Source: the human T2T-CHM13v2.0 reference genome, Homo sapiens. Taken from it: a stretch of 64,000 nt of DNA. A model generated the notes under the pieces. The model did not search any database. It was not told the DNA's origin and worked only from the letters and a program-made list of their open reading frames with translations. Positions 10,277-22,855 of the stretch are shown here, piece by piece (within the stretch, counting starts at the first letter, position 1; the number at the start of each line of letters is the position of its first letter). Location of the stretch: NCBI GenBank assembly GCA_009914755.4, contig CP068257.2:192001-256000 (forward strand). Direction: 5' to 3'. The position numbers and the translations under genes are program-made.

Positions 10277-13200
10277 ATGTCTGCACCTAAGAACACTAGG
10301 GTCTTGTCTGGCTCTTCTTATGAACGGTCCCCCAGCCCGGACTCCCCAAGATCCATGCTAGCCTCACCCAGCTTCTCCCTCTCCCCTCTCAGAAACTCAG
10401 ACTTAAGAGGAAGCTCCTCACCAGGGATCCGGAGCTAACATTCACCATCCCCTAGGGCTTCACCACACTCACCTCTGTCATCACCAGTATCCCACAATCT
10501 CCCATTTGCCTGTCCTCTCCGTGATGGGCAATCAATGAAGCCATTGGGCTCTCCCGTGTCCTCCTCTGAGGATTCTTCAGAGTCACCACGTTTATCAGTA
10601 ATATACCACATGTTCCTACTGCCATCACCCAGCAGCTCACCCCCAGCTGCTTGGGAGTCTCCTGGGTCTCCCAGCTACTCTCCAAACAACCCCAGATTTC
10701 AGCTGGAGTCAGCCCCCCACACCCAGGAATCACCTGCAAACTCACGAGCCTCACGGTGCTCCTCCCCTATGTCTTTCATCTCTTCACCCCCAGGCCTCAG
10801 GGACTCTCCTGTGGCTCCCAGTTACTCTCAAGCCATCCCCATGTTCCTGCGGGAGTCAGCCCCATGCACTCAGGAGTCCCCCAGAGACTCACAGGTCTCG
10901 GGAGAATATGAGCGGTCCCCCAGCCCTGACTCCTCAAGATTCATGCCTGCCTCACCCACCATCTACGTCTCCCCTCCCAGGAACTCAGACCCAAGGGCAG
11001 CTCCTCACAAGGGATGTGGAAGTACTCTACATCATCCCGCAGGGCTTCACCACTCTCACGTCCGTCATCGGCAGAATTCCACAACTTTACATTTCCCTTT
11101 CCTAACCAAGCAGGACAATCACTCATGTCATTGTGTTCTCCCGTGTCCTCCTCTGGAGATTCCTCACAGTCACCCCATTCATCAATAATATACCATGTGT
11201 TCTTACTGCCATCATCCAGCAGCTCACCCCCAGCCACCAATGACTCTCCTGTCTGTCCCAGCTACTCTCCAACTACGCCCAGATTTCAGCGGGCGTCGGT
11301 ATCCAACACCCCAGAAACACCTACAAACTCACAGACCTCAGTGAGATCCTCGCCAGTCTCTCTCACGTCTTCACCCCCAGGCCTTACGGACCCTCCAGTC
11401 TCTCCCAGCTACTATCCAACCACGCGCACATTTCAGCGCGGGTCAGATCCAGGAACCCAGGGATCACCAGCAAGCCCACCACTTTCACTGTGTTACTCCC
11501 CAGTCTCAAGCACGTCTTTATCTCCAACCCTCAGGGACTCTCCTGTCTGTCCCAGCTATTCTCCAACCACGCCCACGTTTCAGCGGGAGTCCGTTGCAGG
11601 CACCCAGCAATCACCAGCAAACTCACCAATTTCACTGCGTTACTCCCCAGTCTCTCTCATGTCTTCACCAGCCCTGAGGGACTCTCCCGTCTGTCCCAGC
11701 TACTCTCCAACAACACCCACATTTCAGCTGGAGTCCGTTCGAGGCACCCCGGAGTCACCACCAAACTCACCAATTACACTCAATTACTCTCCAGTCTCTC
11801 TCATGTCTTCACCAGCCCTCAGGGACTATCACGTCTGAACCAGCTACTCTCAAACCACCCCCAGATTTCAGCTGGAAGCAGTTCCTTGCTCCCCGGAATG
11901 AACACCAAACTCACCAATTTCACTCAATTACTCTCCAGTCTCTCTCATGTCTTCACCAGCCCTCAGGGACTCTCCCATCTGTCCCAGCTACTCTCCAACC
12001 ACGCCCAGATTTCAGCTGGAAGCAGTTCCTTGCACCCAGGAATCACCACCAAACTCACCAATTTCACTCAATTACTCCCCAGTCTCTCTCATGTCTTCAC
12101 CATCCCTCAGGGACTCTCCCGTCTGTCTCAGCTACTCTCCAACCACGCCCACATTTCAGCTGGAGAACCTTCGAGGCACCCCGGAGTCACCACCAAACTC
12201 ACCAATTTCACTCAATTACTCTCCAGTCTCTCTCATGTCTTCACCAGCCCTCAGGGACTCTCCCGACTGTCCCAGCTACTCTCCAACAACGCCCAGATTT
12301 CAGCTGGAAGCAGTTCCTTGCTCCCCAGAATCAACACCAAACTCACCAATTTCACTCAATTACTCTCCAGTCTCTCTCATGTCTTCACCAGCCATCAGGG
12401 ACTCTCCCGTCTGTCCCAGCTACTCTCCAAAGACGCCCACATTTCAGCTGGAGTCTGTTCCAGGCACACTGGAGTCACCACCAAACTCACCAATTTCACT
12501 CAATTACTCTCCAGTCTCTCTCATGTCTTCACCAGCCCTCAGGGACCCTCCTGTCTGTCCCAGCTACTCTCCAACCACACCCAGATTTCAGCTGGAGTCA
12601 GTTCCAGGCACCCTGGAGTCACCACCAAACTCACCAGTTTCACTGAGTTACTCCCCGGTCTCTCTCATGTCTTCACCGCCAGCCCTCAGGGACTCTCCTG
12701 TGTGTCCCAGCTACTCTAAAACCACGCCCACATTTCAGCTGGAGTCAGTTTCAGGCACCCCGGAGTCACCAACAAACTCACCAATTTCACTCAATTACTC
12801 TCCAGTCTCTCTCATGTCTTCACCAGCACTCAGGGACTCTCCTGTCTGTCCCAGCTACTCTCCAACCACGCCCAGATTTCAGCTGGAAGCAGTTCCTTGC
12901 ACCCCAGAATCACCACCAAACTCACCAATTTCACTCAATTACTCTCTAGTCTCTCTCATGTCTTCACCAGCACTCAGGGACCCTCCTGTCTGTCCCAGCT
13001 ACTCTCCAAGCACCCCCAGATTTCAGCTGGAGTCTGTTCCAGGCACCCCGGAGTCACCACCAAACTCACCAGTTTCACTGAGTTACTCCCCGGTCTCTCT
13101 CATGTCTTCACCGCCAGCCCTCAGGGACTCTCCTGTGTGTCCCAGCTACTCTCCAACCAGGCCCACATTTCAGCTGGAGTCAGTTCCAGGCACCCCGGAG

Positions 13201-15855
13201 TCACCACCAAACTCACCAATTACACTCAATTACTCTCCAGTCTCTCTCATGTCTTCACCAGCCCTCAGGGACTCTCCCGTCTGTCCCAGCTACTCTCCAA
13301 CCACCCCCAGATTTCAGCTGGAAGCAGTTCCTTGCTCCCCGGAATCAACACCAAACTCACCAATTTCACTCAATTACTCTCCAGTCTCTCTCATGTCTTC
13401 ACCAGCCCTCAGGGACTCTCCCATCTGTCCCAGCTACTCTCCAACCACGCCCAGATTTCAGCTGGAAGCAGTTCCTTGCACCCAGGAATCACCACCAAAC
13501 TCACCAATTTCACTCAATTACTCCCCAGTCTCTCTCATGTCTTCACCATCCCTCAGGGACTCTCCCGTCTGTCTCAGCTACTCTCCAACCACGCCCACAT
13601 TTCAGCTGGAGTACCTTCGAGGCACCCCGGAGTCACCACCAAACTCACCAATTTCACTCAATTACTCTCCAGTCTCTCTCATTTCTTCACCAGCCCTCAG
13701 GGACTCTCCCGACTGTCCCAGCTACTCTCCAACAACGCCCAGATTTCAGCTGGAAGCAGTTCCTTGCTCCCCAGAATCAACACCAAACTCACCAATTTCA
13801 CTCAATTACTCTCCAGTCTCTCTCATGTCTTCACCAGCCATCAGGGACTCTCCCGTCTGTCCCAGCTACTCTCAAACCACGCCCACATTTCAGCTGGAGT
13901 CCGTTCGAGGCACCCCAGAGTCACCACCAAACTCACCAATTTCACTCAATTACACTCCAGTCTCTCTCATGTCTTCACCAGCCATCAGGGACTCTCCCGT
14001 CTGTCCCAGCTACTCTCCAAAGACGCCCACATTTCAGCTGGAGTCTGTTCCAGGCACCCTGGAGTCACCACCAAACTCACCAATTTCACTCAATTACTCT
14101 CCAGTCTCTCTCATGTCTTCACCAGCCCTCAGGGACCCTCCTGTCTGTCCCAGCTACTCTCCAACCACCCCCAGATTTCAGCTGGAGTCAGTTCCAGGCA
14201 CCCTGGAGTCACCACCAAACTCACCAGTTTCACTGAGTTACTCCCCGGTCTCTCTCATGTCTTCACCGCCAGCCCTCAGGGACTCTCCTGTGTGTCCCAG
14301 CTACTCTCCAACCACGCCCACATTTCAGCTGGAGTCAGTTCCAGGCACCCCGGAGTCACCACCAAACTCACCAATTTCACTCAATTACTCTCCAGTCTCT
14401 CTCATGTCTTCACCAGCCCTCAGGGACTCTCCTGTCTGTCCCAGCTACTCTCCAACCACGCCCAGATTTCAGCTGGAAGCAGTTCCTTGCACCCCAGAAT
14501 CACCTCCAAACTCACCAATTTCACTCAATTACTCTCTAGTCTCTCTCATGTCTTCACCAGTCCTCAGGGACCCTCCTGTCTGTCCCAGCTACTCTCCAAC
14601 CACACCCAGATTTCAGTTGGAGTCAGTTCCAGGCACCGCGGAGTCACCACCAAACTCACCAGTTTCACTGAGTTACTCCCCGTTCTCTCTCATGTCTTCA
14701 CCGCCAGCCCTCAGGGACTCTCCTGTTTGTCCCCGCTACTCTCCAACCACGCCCACATTCCAGCTGGAGTCACTTGCAGGCACCCAGGAATTACCTACAA
14801 ACTCAGCAGTTTCACTGAGTTACTCCCCAGTCTCTCTCATGTCTTCACCCCCAGCCCCCTGGGACTCTCCTGTCTGTCCCAGCTCCTCTCCCACCACGCC
14901 CAGATTTCAGAGGGAGTCAGCCTCCCACACTCCGGAATCACCTACAGACTCACAGACTTCACGGAGGTCCTCCCTGGTCTCTCTCAGGTCTTTGCCCTCA
15001 GCCCACAGGGACTCTTGTGTCTCTTTCAGCTACTCTCGAAACTTCTCTAGATTCCAGCTGGACTCAGTTCCAGGCACCCACGACACACCACCAAACTCAC
15101 GAATTTCACTGACTTACTCCCCAGTCTCTCTCATGTTCTCACCCCCAGCCCTCAGGGACTCTTCTGTCTCTCTCAGCTACTCTCCAGCCATCTCCACATC
15201 ACACCTGGGGTCAGCTTCCCACACCCAGGAATCACCTACAAACTCACGGACCTTACTGCAACCCTCCCCCATTTCTTTCACCTCTTCACCCCCTGCTTTC
15301 AGGGACTCTCCTGTGTCTCCCAGCTTCTCTCCAGCCTTCCCCAGATTTCTGCCACAGTCAGCCCCAGGCACCCAGGGTTACCCTGGACACTCACAGGCCT
15401 CACGAGACTATTTCCCAATGACTTGTATCTATAGAGGGATGGCTCCCATACTTCCCTCAGTGACCTCAAACCCATCTCCACTTACACTCAGACACTCCCA
15501 GGGCCTGACAGCTACTCCCCGTTATTGTCCTTCAGCTCGAAGCCCTGGCCCATCTACTAGCCAACATGATGCAGCTACCTGGCCATGTCTCCACATTTCT
15601 GGGGAGGGCCCCACACCCAGCCGCAGAAGAGCCCCTCCTGCATTCCGTCCTCACACACAGGCCTGTCCATCCACTTGCTACTGTCACACTCTTGCCAACA
15701 GAAGAGGCCCCTGTAATGGCCGATATCACCGCCCAGTCTATCCTCACCCCACAGCTGTGCAGCGGGACCCTCCTGCTGGCCCACGTGGCTGCCACAGCCC
15801 ATGCTGGCACGACGCTCCAGCATGTCGGCGTCCCTGCGGGCCACGCTACCGGTGA
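10277..15855 (+). pseudogene. Disrupted copy of the S/P-rich ORF in unit 2. It has TAC>TAA at codon 54, a 1-bp deletion near 10970 and a stop near 11838. The 3' part, 11947-15855, stays open for 1302 codons.
   Basis: At 10431-10448 the sequence reads ccggagctaacattcacc, against ccggagctaccattcacc in units 1 and 3. The ORF track shows a fragmented series 10535..11188, 11014..11838 and 11947..15855. Confidence 0.4.
11612..14937 (+). repeat. 144-bp minisatellite in unit 2, about 23 copies.
   Basis: Same period and motif. The array is 3326 bp long. Confidence 0.95.
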
Positions 15856-18747
15856 CATGGCTAGCATCACCCTCCTTCCTGGCAGTGACACTGCTGATTT
15901 GAACCCCAGTTTCACAGCTGTCATTTGTAAATAGGACCATTTTCCCTTTTCTCTCTCCCTTCCATTCACAGGGCTTCTCATTCCCTCTGTTTCTGCCTCC
16001 GTTTCAGAGATTTACTCACCTTTTTCTCTCTCACTATGTCTGCCGTGGTCTCCATAAGAGTGTGCCACATAAAATTGCCCCATTAAAAGTCATGAATTGA
16101 GTGGAATTTAGTATACCTGTGGTTGTGCACATTCAATTTTAATTCGCAATCCATTTTAGAAGGTTTTATCACCCCCGACCAGAGAAACACCCTGTGGACA
16201 ATAGTCACTCCTCATTCTGTCTCAAACCCTCTCCCTGACCCTCAGCCCTAGGTAACAACTGCATAGAGCGATCAACCCCATATGCATAGATTTCCATATT
16301 GTGGACAGTTCCTATAAACGGAATTGCACAATACGTGAGCTTTTGTGACTGACATAACACTTTTAGCACAATATTTTCAAGATTCATCCACATTGCAGCC
16401 TTACCCACAGGGGGAAACCGCATTTTGTGGTTTCAGTAACACCGGGTGTTTTCTCCTTCCTTCCGTCTCTCCTTCCTTCCTTCCTTCCTTCCTTCCTTCC
16501 TTCCTTCCTTCCTTCCTCCCTTCCTTCCTCCCTTCCTCCCATTTCTCTCTTATTCCTTCTGCCTTCTCTCTTTCATATGCCTTAGGTGCATCCTACGTCC
16601 TGCGTCTTTTTGGGGAATCCTCGACAGGTGCTGGAAAACTGTGTTATTGTAATTATTTACCGGTATCTCTCTTTCATGGTTCTCCATCAGTTGTAAGCAT
16701 CTATTGGTTTATCCCAGGTCACTAAGTATATTTTAATTAGCTACACCTGTTTTTCTTTATACACCTGTTTCTGGAGTATAGGGTCGCATACTCATAAACC
16801 CAGTGTAACTCAGAAACGCATCTAATATTCCAATAGACCCATCATAACGTTGAAAAATCATAAATCAAACCAACTTAAGTCACGATTTGGCGCTGGATAT
16901 GGGCTCCATCAATTCCATTGTATTCAATAATGCTGTACACCATTAACAATGGCAGACTGATTGGGCGTGGATGTGGATAACATTATAAAAATCAGTTATT
17001 AGAGGGATACTTTAACCTGACGGAAGAGCTGATCTAATGGTATTAGTACAGTGATGATTATGTGAGATGTTTTGAGACAGAGTAGTACATTTGTGTATGA
17101 GATTCTGTGGCTTTTTTCACTTAGTAGGAACCTTTGTGTGTGGAAAACTGAGAAAATTGCTTTGTGCTGTAGAGTCTGGCATTCGTTGTAGATTAAAGCT
17201 TGTTTTTCTGGATGTAAATCTCATTCAATAAAATACTACTCTTTATAATAAAAAACAAAGACACTGGTGATGTGAAGTCATTATCCTCAGCAAACTAATC
17301 CAGGAACAGAAAACCAAGCGCCACATTCTCACTTATAATGGGAGCTGAAAAATGGGATCACGTGGACACAGGAAGGGGAACAACACACACTGGGGCCTTT
17401 CGGGAGGCAGAGCGTTAAGAAAAACAGCTACCGCATGCTGGGCTTAATACCTAGGTGATGGGTTGACAGGTGCAGCAAACCACCGTGGCACACGTTTACC
17501 TTAGTAACAAATCTGCACAGCCTGCCCATATATTCCAGAACTTAGAAACGAAACGAAAGCAAAGAAAACGAGAAAGCGATAGCAAAACGCTAACGGCGAA
17601 ACAGAGTTTCAAACTCAGAAAGTGAGAGACCAATGTTTGGTTCAAATCATGGTTCTCAACCCAGGTGCCATAAGGTCAGGATAAAGAATTTGATGACGTA
17701 TTGTAAATAAGACATGCAGCGGAGGACCAGAAAAATCGTTCTCAACATACGTGTGGCTTCGAGTTCAACGGTGACACTATGTACAGTGACATAGCATTAG
17801 ATTCCAAAGGGCCGAGTCCCGCAAGACTGGCCTCCCACACTAATAATAATGGGAAGCGCTACGTTGCTTTCCCTGTGCTTCTCAGCAACTGGCTATAAAT
17901 CAGGTTTCCACCACTCCCAGTTTTAGTTGCATTCATTTGCTGGAAGAGCTCACAGCACGCAGGGAAACACTGACATTTCCCATTTTCTGTATTTTAGCAG
18001 ATATTGCAAAAACTTCAGAAAAAACTTTTGGGCCCGGCATGTGGGGAGGGGCTCACTGCCTTCCAGGAAGTGTTATCCAGAAGCTCTCTAAACCCAGTCC
18101 TTTTGGGTTTTTATGGAGACCTCATTCTATAGGCATGATGGGTTAAACCATAGGCTATTGGTGATCAACTCAACCTGGGGCTCTCAACCCTCCCTGGAAA
18201 TTGGGGTTGAGGCTTTGCCATTCTCAGTCTGAGTAAAAGAATTTACACAAACGGAATTTTAAAACAGATTAGCATATCTGGAAACTTAACTAGATGACGG
18301 AATTATCTGGAGCCACACCTTGATATTCCTAACCCGAGCACCCTCATCCAACGAATGCTCCACCCAACTGGCAACCAAGTCTCTACGGGGTTCCAGAGCA
18401 AAAGAATGTTTATACAACGCATATCTCCACCTTTTCTTCAAAGTCTTTTCGCTTACACGGAAAGACTTCTTCAACTGCCATGCATCAGGGTCAGGGGGAG
18501 GTCTTGTTACAACACAGATCTGCGGATCTCCGGGGTTTGATTGTGGCAAGGATGCTGCTGGTGTCAAAACCACAACGTGGGAACCACAGAACCACTAGTT
18601 GGTTTTCAGTGTTTCAGTGCATACAATTCCTAATATATCTGGCCAAGAAAACTTGTAAGTTCTTAGATTGTCCGAAAGGTGGCGCATGAAATCAAATCAG
18701 GAGAACAGTTTCCTACGAGGTGTAGCCTGGGAACCTTGGGGGTGACT

Positions 18748-18853
18748 GATGGAAAGGAGGAGTGAAGCTCCGCCCTTTCCGCTGCGAGGCTGCGCCCGAG
18801 GCTATTTAAACCCACCCTGGCTGGCCTGTACTCAGATCTTCGCAGAGCGGAGC
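18748..18853 (+). promoter_or_regulatory. The same putative promoter in unit 3. TATTTAAA is at 18803-18810.
   Basis: Identical sequence to unit 1. Confidence 0.35.
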
Positions 18854-19153
18854 AGCGGCCGGAGCGTTTGGCGGACTCTGCGTGGACTTGGAGCTCACAG
18901 CGTCTTGCGACTTGGAAGCGGATTCAGAGGACAGGACAGAACACTTGGGCAAGTGAATCTCTGTCTGTCTGTCTGTCTCATTGGTTGGCTTATTTCCATT
19001 TTCTTAAGGAGCACATACCTCACACCACACACACACAAACACACACACACACACGCACGCACGCACGCACACACACACGCACACACACACACTAATTCAT
19101 TCTGCGGGTTAGGAAATTAGTAGGGGTCTCTGGGAGCTGCAAGTTTCCTAATC

Positions 19154-22100
19154 ATGTCTGCACCTAAGAACACTAGGGTCTTGTCTGGCTCTTCTTATAA
19201 ACGGTCCCCCAGCCCGGACTCCCCAAGATCCATGCTAGCCTCACCCAGCTTCTCCCTCTCCCCTCTCAGAAACTCAGACTTAAGAGGAAGCTCCTCACCA
19301 GGGATCCGGAGCTACCATTCACCATCCCCTAGGGCTTCACCACACTCACCTCTGTCATCACCAGTATCCCACAATCTCCCATTTCCCTGTCCTATCCGTG
19401 ATGGGCAATCAATGAAGCCATTGGGCTCTCCCGTGTCCTCCTCTGAGGATTCTACAGAGTCACCACGTTCATCAGTAATATACCACATGTTCCTACTGCC
19501 ATCACCCAGCAGCTCACCCCCAGCTCTCTGGGAGTCTCCTGGGTCTCCCAGCTACTCTCCAAACAACCCCAGATTTCAGCTGGAGTCAGCCCCCCACACC
19601 CAGGACTCACCTGCAAACTCACGAGCCTCACGGTGCTCCTCCCCTATGTCTTTCATCTCTTCACCCCCAGGCCTCAGGGACTCTCCTGTGGCTCCCAGTT
19701 ACTCTCAAGCCATCCCCATGTTCCTGCGGGAGTCAGCCCCATGCACTCAGGAGTCCCCCAGAGACTCACAGGTCTCGGGAGAATATGAGCGGTCCCCCAG
19801 TCCTGACTCCTCAAGATTCATGCCTGCCTCACCCAGCATCTACCTCTCCCCTCCCAGGAACTCAGACCCAAGGGGCACCTCCTCACAAGGGATGTGGAAG
19901 TGCTCTACATCATCCCGCAGGGCTTCACCACTCTCACATCCGTCATCGGCAGAATTCCACAACTTTACATTTCCCTTTCCTAACCAAGCAGGACAATCAC
20001 TCATGTCATTGTGTTCTCCCGTGTCCTCCTCTGGAGATTCCTCACAGTCACCCCATTCATCAATAATATACCATGTGTTCTTAGTGCCATCATCCAGCAG
20101 CTCACCCCCAGCCACCAATGACTCTCCTGTCTGTCCCAGCTACTCTCCAACTACGCCCAGATTTCAGCGGGCGTCGGTATCCAACACCCCAGAAACACCT
20201 ACAAACTCACAGACCTCAGTGAGATCCTCGCCAGTCTCTCTCACGTCTTCACCCCCAGGCCTTACGGACCCTCCAGTCTCTCCCAGCTACTATCCAACCA
20301 CGCGCACATTTCATCGCGGGTCAGATCCAGGAACCCAGGGATCACCAGCAAGCCCACCACTTTCACTGTGTTACTCCCCAGTCTCAAGCACGTCTTTATC
20401 TCCAACCCTCAGGGACTCTCCTGTCTGTCCCAGCTATTCTCCAACCACGCCCACGTTTCAGCGGGAGTCCGTTGCAGGCTCCCAGCAATCACCAGCAAAC
20501 TCACCAATTTCACTCAATTACTCTCCAGTCTCTCTCATGTCTTCACCAGCCCTCAGGGACTCTCCCATCTGTCCCAGCTACTCTCCAACCACTCCCAGAT
20601 TTCAGCTGGAAGCAGTTCCTTGCACCCAGGAATCACCACCAAACTCACCAACTTCACTCAATTACTCCCCAGTCTCTCTCATGTCTTCACCATCCCTCAG
20701 GGACTCTCCCGTCTGTCTCAGCTACTCTCCAACCACGCCCACATTTCAGCTGGAGTACCTTCGAGGCACCCCGGAGTCACCACCAAACTCACCAATTTCA
20801 CTCAATTACACTCCAGTCTCTCTCATGTCTTCACCAGCCATCAGGGACTCTCCCGTCTGTCCCAGCTACTCTCCAAAGACGCCCACATTTCAGCTGGAGT
20901 CTGTTGCAGGCACCCTGGAGTCACCACCAAACTCACCAATTTCACTCAATTACTCTCCAGTCTCTCTCATGTCTTCACCAGCCCTCAGGGACTCTACTGT
21001 CTGTCCCAGCTACTCTCCAACCACGCCCAGATTTCAGCTGGAAGCAGTTCCTTGCACCCCAGAATCACCACCAAACTCACCAATTTCACTCAATTACTCT
21101 CTAGTCTCTCTCATGTCTTCACCAGCCCTCAGGGACCCTCCTGTCTGTCCCAGCTACTCTCCAACCACCCCCAGATTTCAGCTGGAGTCTGTTCCAGGCA
21201 CCCCAGAGTCACCACCAAACTCACCAGTTTCACTGAGTTACTCCCCGGTCTCTCTCATGTCTTCACCGCCAGCCCTCAGGGACTCTCCTGTGTGTCCCAG
21301 CTACTCTCCAACCACGCCCACATTTCAGCTGGAGTCAGTTCCAGGCACCCCGGAGTCACCACCAAACTCACCAATTTCACTCAATTACTCTCCAGTCTCT
21401 CTCATGTCTTCACCAGCCCTCAGGGACTCTCCTGTCTGTCCCAGCTACTCTCCAACCACGCCCAGATTTCAGCTGGAAGCAGTTCCTTGCACCCCAGAAT
21501 CACCTCCAAACTCACCAATTTCACTCAATTACTCTCTAGTCTCTCTCATGTCTTCACCAGTCCTCAGGGACCCTCCTGTCTGTCCCAGCTACTCTCCAAC
21601 CACACCCAGATTTCAGTTGGAGTCAGTTCCAGGCACCGCGGAGTCACCACCAAACTCACCAGTTTCACTGAGTTACTCCCCGTTCTCTCTCATGTCTTCA
21701 CAGCCAGCCCTCAGGGACTCTCCTGTTTGTCCCCGCTACTCTCCAACCACGCCCACATTCCAGCTGGAGTCACTTGCAGGCACCCAGGAATTACCTACAA
21801 ACTCAGCAGTTTCACTGAGTTACTCCCCAGTCTCTCTCATGTCTTCAGCCCCAGCCCCCTGGGACTCTCCTGTCTGTCCCAGCTCCTCTCCCAACACGCC
21901 CAGATTTCAGAGGGAGTCAGCCTCCCACACTCCGGAATCACCTACAGACTCACAGACTTCACGGAGGTCCTCCCTGGTCTCTCTCAGGTCTTTGCCCACA
22001 GCCCACAGGGACTCTTGTGTCTCTTTCAGCTACTCTCGAAACTTCTCTAGATTCCAGCTGGACTCAGTTCCAGGCACCCACGACACACCACCAAACTCAC

Positions 22101-22855
22101 GAATTTCACTGACTTACTCCCCAGTCTCTCTCATATTCTCACCCCCAGCCCTCAGGGACTCTTCTGTCTCTCTCAGCTACTCTCCAGCCATCTCCACATC
22201 ACACCTGGGGTCAGCTTCCCACACCCAGGAATCACCTACAAACTCACGGACCTTACTGCAACCCTCCCCCATTTCTTTCACCTCTTCACCCCCTGCTTTC
22301 AGGGACTCTCCTGTGTCTCCCAGCTTCTCTCCAGCCTTCCCCAGATTTCTGCCACAGTCAGCCCCAGGCACCCAGGGTTACCCTGGACACTCACAGGCCT
22401 CACGAGACTATTTCCCAATGACTTGTATCTATAGAGGGATGGCTCCCATACTTCCCTCGGTGACCTCAAACCCATCTCCACTTACACTCAGACACTCCCA
22501 GGGCCTGACAGCTACTCCCCGTTATTGTCCTTCAGCTCGAAGCCCTGGCCCATCTACTAGCCAACATGATGCAGCTACCTGGCCATGTCTCCACATTTCT
22601 GGGGAGGGCCCCACACCCAGCCGCAGAAGAGCCCCTCCTGCATTCCGTCCTCACACACAGGCCTGTCCATCCACTTGCTACTGTCACACTCTTGCCAGCA
22701 GAAGAGGCCCCTGTAATGGCCGATATCACCGCCCAGTCTATCCTCACCCCACAGCTGTGCAGCGGGACCCTCCTGCTGGCCCACGTGGCTGCCACAGCCC
22801 ATGCTGGCACGACGCTCCAGCATGTCGGCGTCCCTGCGGGTCACGCTACTGCTGA
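19154..22855 (+). CDS. Candidate intronless ORF of 1233 aa. It is a paralog of the unit-1 ORF with one fewer 48-aa repeat.
   Basis: It uses the same frame, start context and C-terminus as the unit-1 ORF. The length difference is exactly 48 codons. Confidence 0.4.
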   Translation: MSAPKNTRVLSGSSYKRSPSPDSPRSMLASPSFSLSPLRNSDLRGSSSPGIRSYHSPSPRASPHSPLSSPVSHNLPFPCPIRDGQSMKPLGSPVSSSEDSTESPRSSVIYHMFLLPSPSSSPPALWESPGSPSYSPNNPRFQLESAPHTQDSPANSRASRCSSPMSFISSPPGLRDSPVAPSYSQAIPMFLRESAPCTQESPRDSQVSGEYERSPSPDSSRFMPASPSIYLSPPRNSDPRGTSSQGMWKCSTSSRRASPLSHPSSAEFHNFTFPFPNQAGQSLMSLCSPVSSSGDSSQSPHSSIIYHVFLVPSSSSSPPATNDSPVCPSYSPTTPRFQRASVSNTPETPTNSQTSVRSSPVSLTSSPPGLTDPPVSPSYYPTTRTFHRGSDPGTQGSPASPPLSLCYSPVSSTSLSPTLRDSPVCPSYSPTTPTFQRESVAGSQQSPANSPISLNYSPVSLMSSPALRDSPICPSYSPTTPRFQLEAVPCTQESPPNSPTSLNYSPVSLMSSPSLRDSPVCLSYSPTTPTFQLEYLRGTPESPPNSPISLNYTPVSLMSSPAIRDSPVCPSYSPKTPTFQLESVAGTLESPPNSPISLNYSPVSLMSSPALRDSTVCPSYSPTTPRFQLEAVPCTPESPPNSPISLNYSLVSLMSSPALRDPPVCPSYSPTTPRFQLESVPGTPESPPNSPVSLSYSPVSLMSSPPALRDSPVCPSYSPTTPTFQLESVPGTPESPPNSPISLNYSPVSLMSSPALRDSPVCPSYSPTTPRFQLEAVPCTPESPPNSPISLNYSLVSLMSSPVLRDPPVCPSYSPTTPRFQLESVPGTAESPPNSPVSLSYSPFSLMSSQPALRDSPVCPRYSPTTPTFQLESLAGTQELPTNSAVSLSYSPVSLMSSAPAPWDSPVCPSSSPNTPRFQRESASHTPESPTDSQTSRRSSLVSLRSLPTAHRDSCVSFSYSRNFSRFQLDSVPGTHDTPPNSRISLTYSPVSLIFSPPALRDSSVSLSYSPAISTSHLGSASHTQESPTNSRTLLQPSPISFTSSPPAFRDSPVSPSFSPAFPRFLPQSAPGTQGYPGHSQASRDYFPMTCIYRGMAPILPSVTSNPSPLTLRHSQGLTATPRYCPSARSPGPSTSQHDAATWPCLHISGEGPTPSRRRAPPAFRPHTQACPSTCYCHTLASRRGPCNGRYHRPVYPHPTAVQRDPPAGPRGCHSPCWHDAPACRRPCGSRYC
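20490..21937 (+). repeat. 144-bp minisatellite in unit 3, about 10 copies.
   Basis: Same period and motif. Confidence 0.95.

Larger units (their letters stand above)
7137..15995 (+). repeat. Macrosatellite unit 2 (8859 bp). It is about 1.7 kb longer because its internal 144-bp minisatellite has about 12 extra copies.
   Basis: Same unit structure as unit 1. The length difference is close to 12 x 144 bp. Confidence 0.9.
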
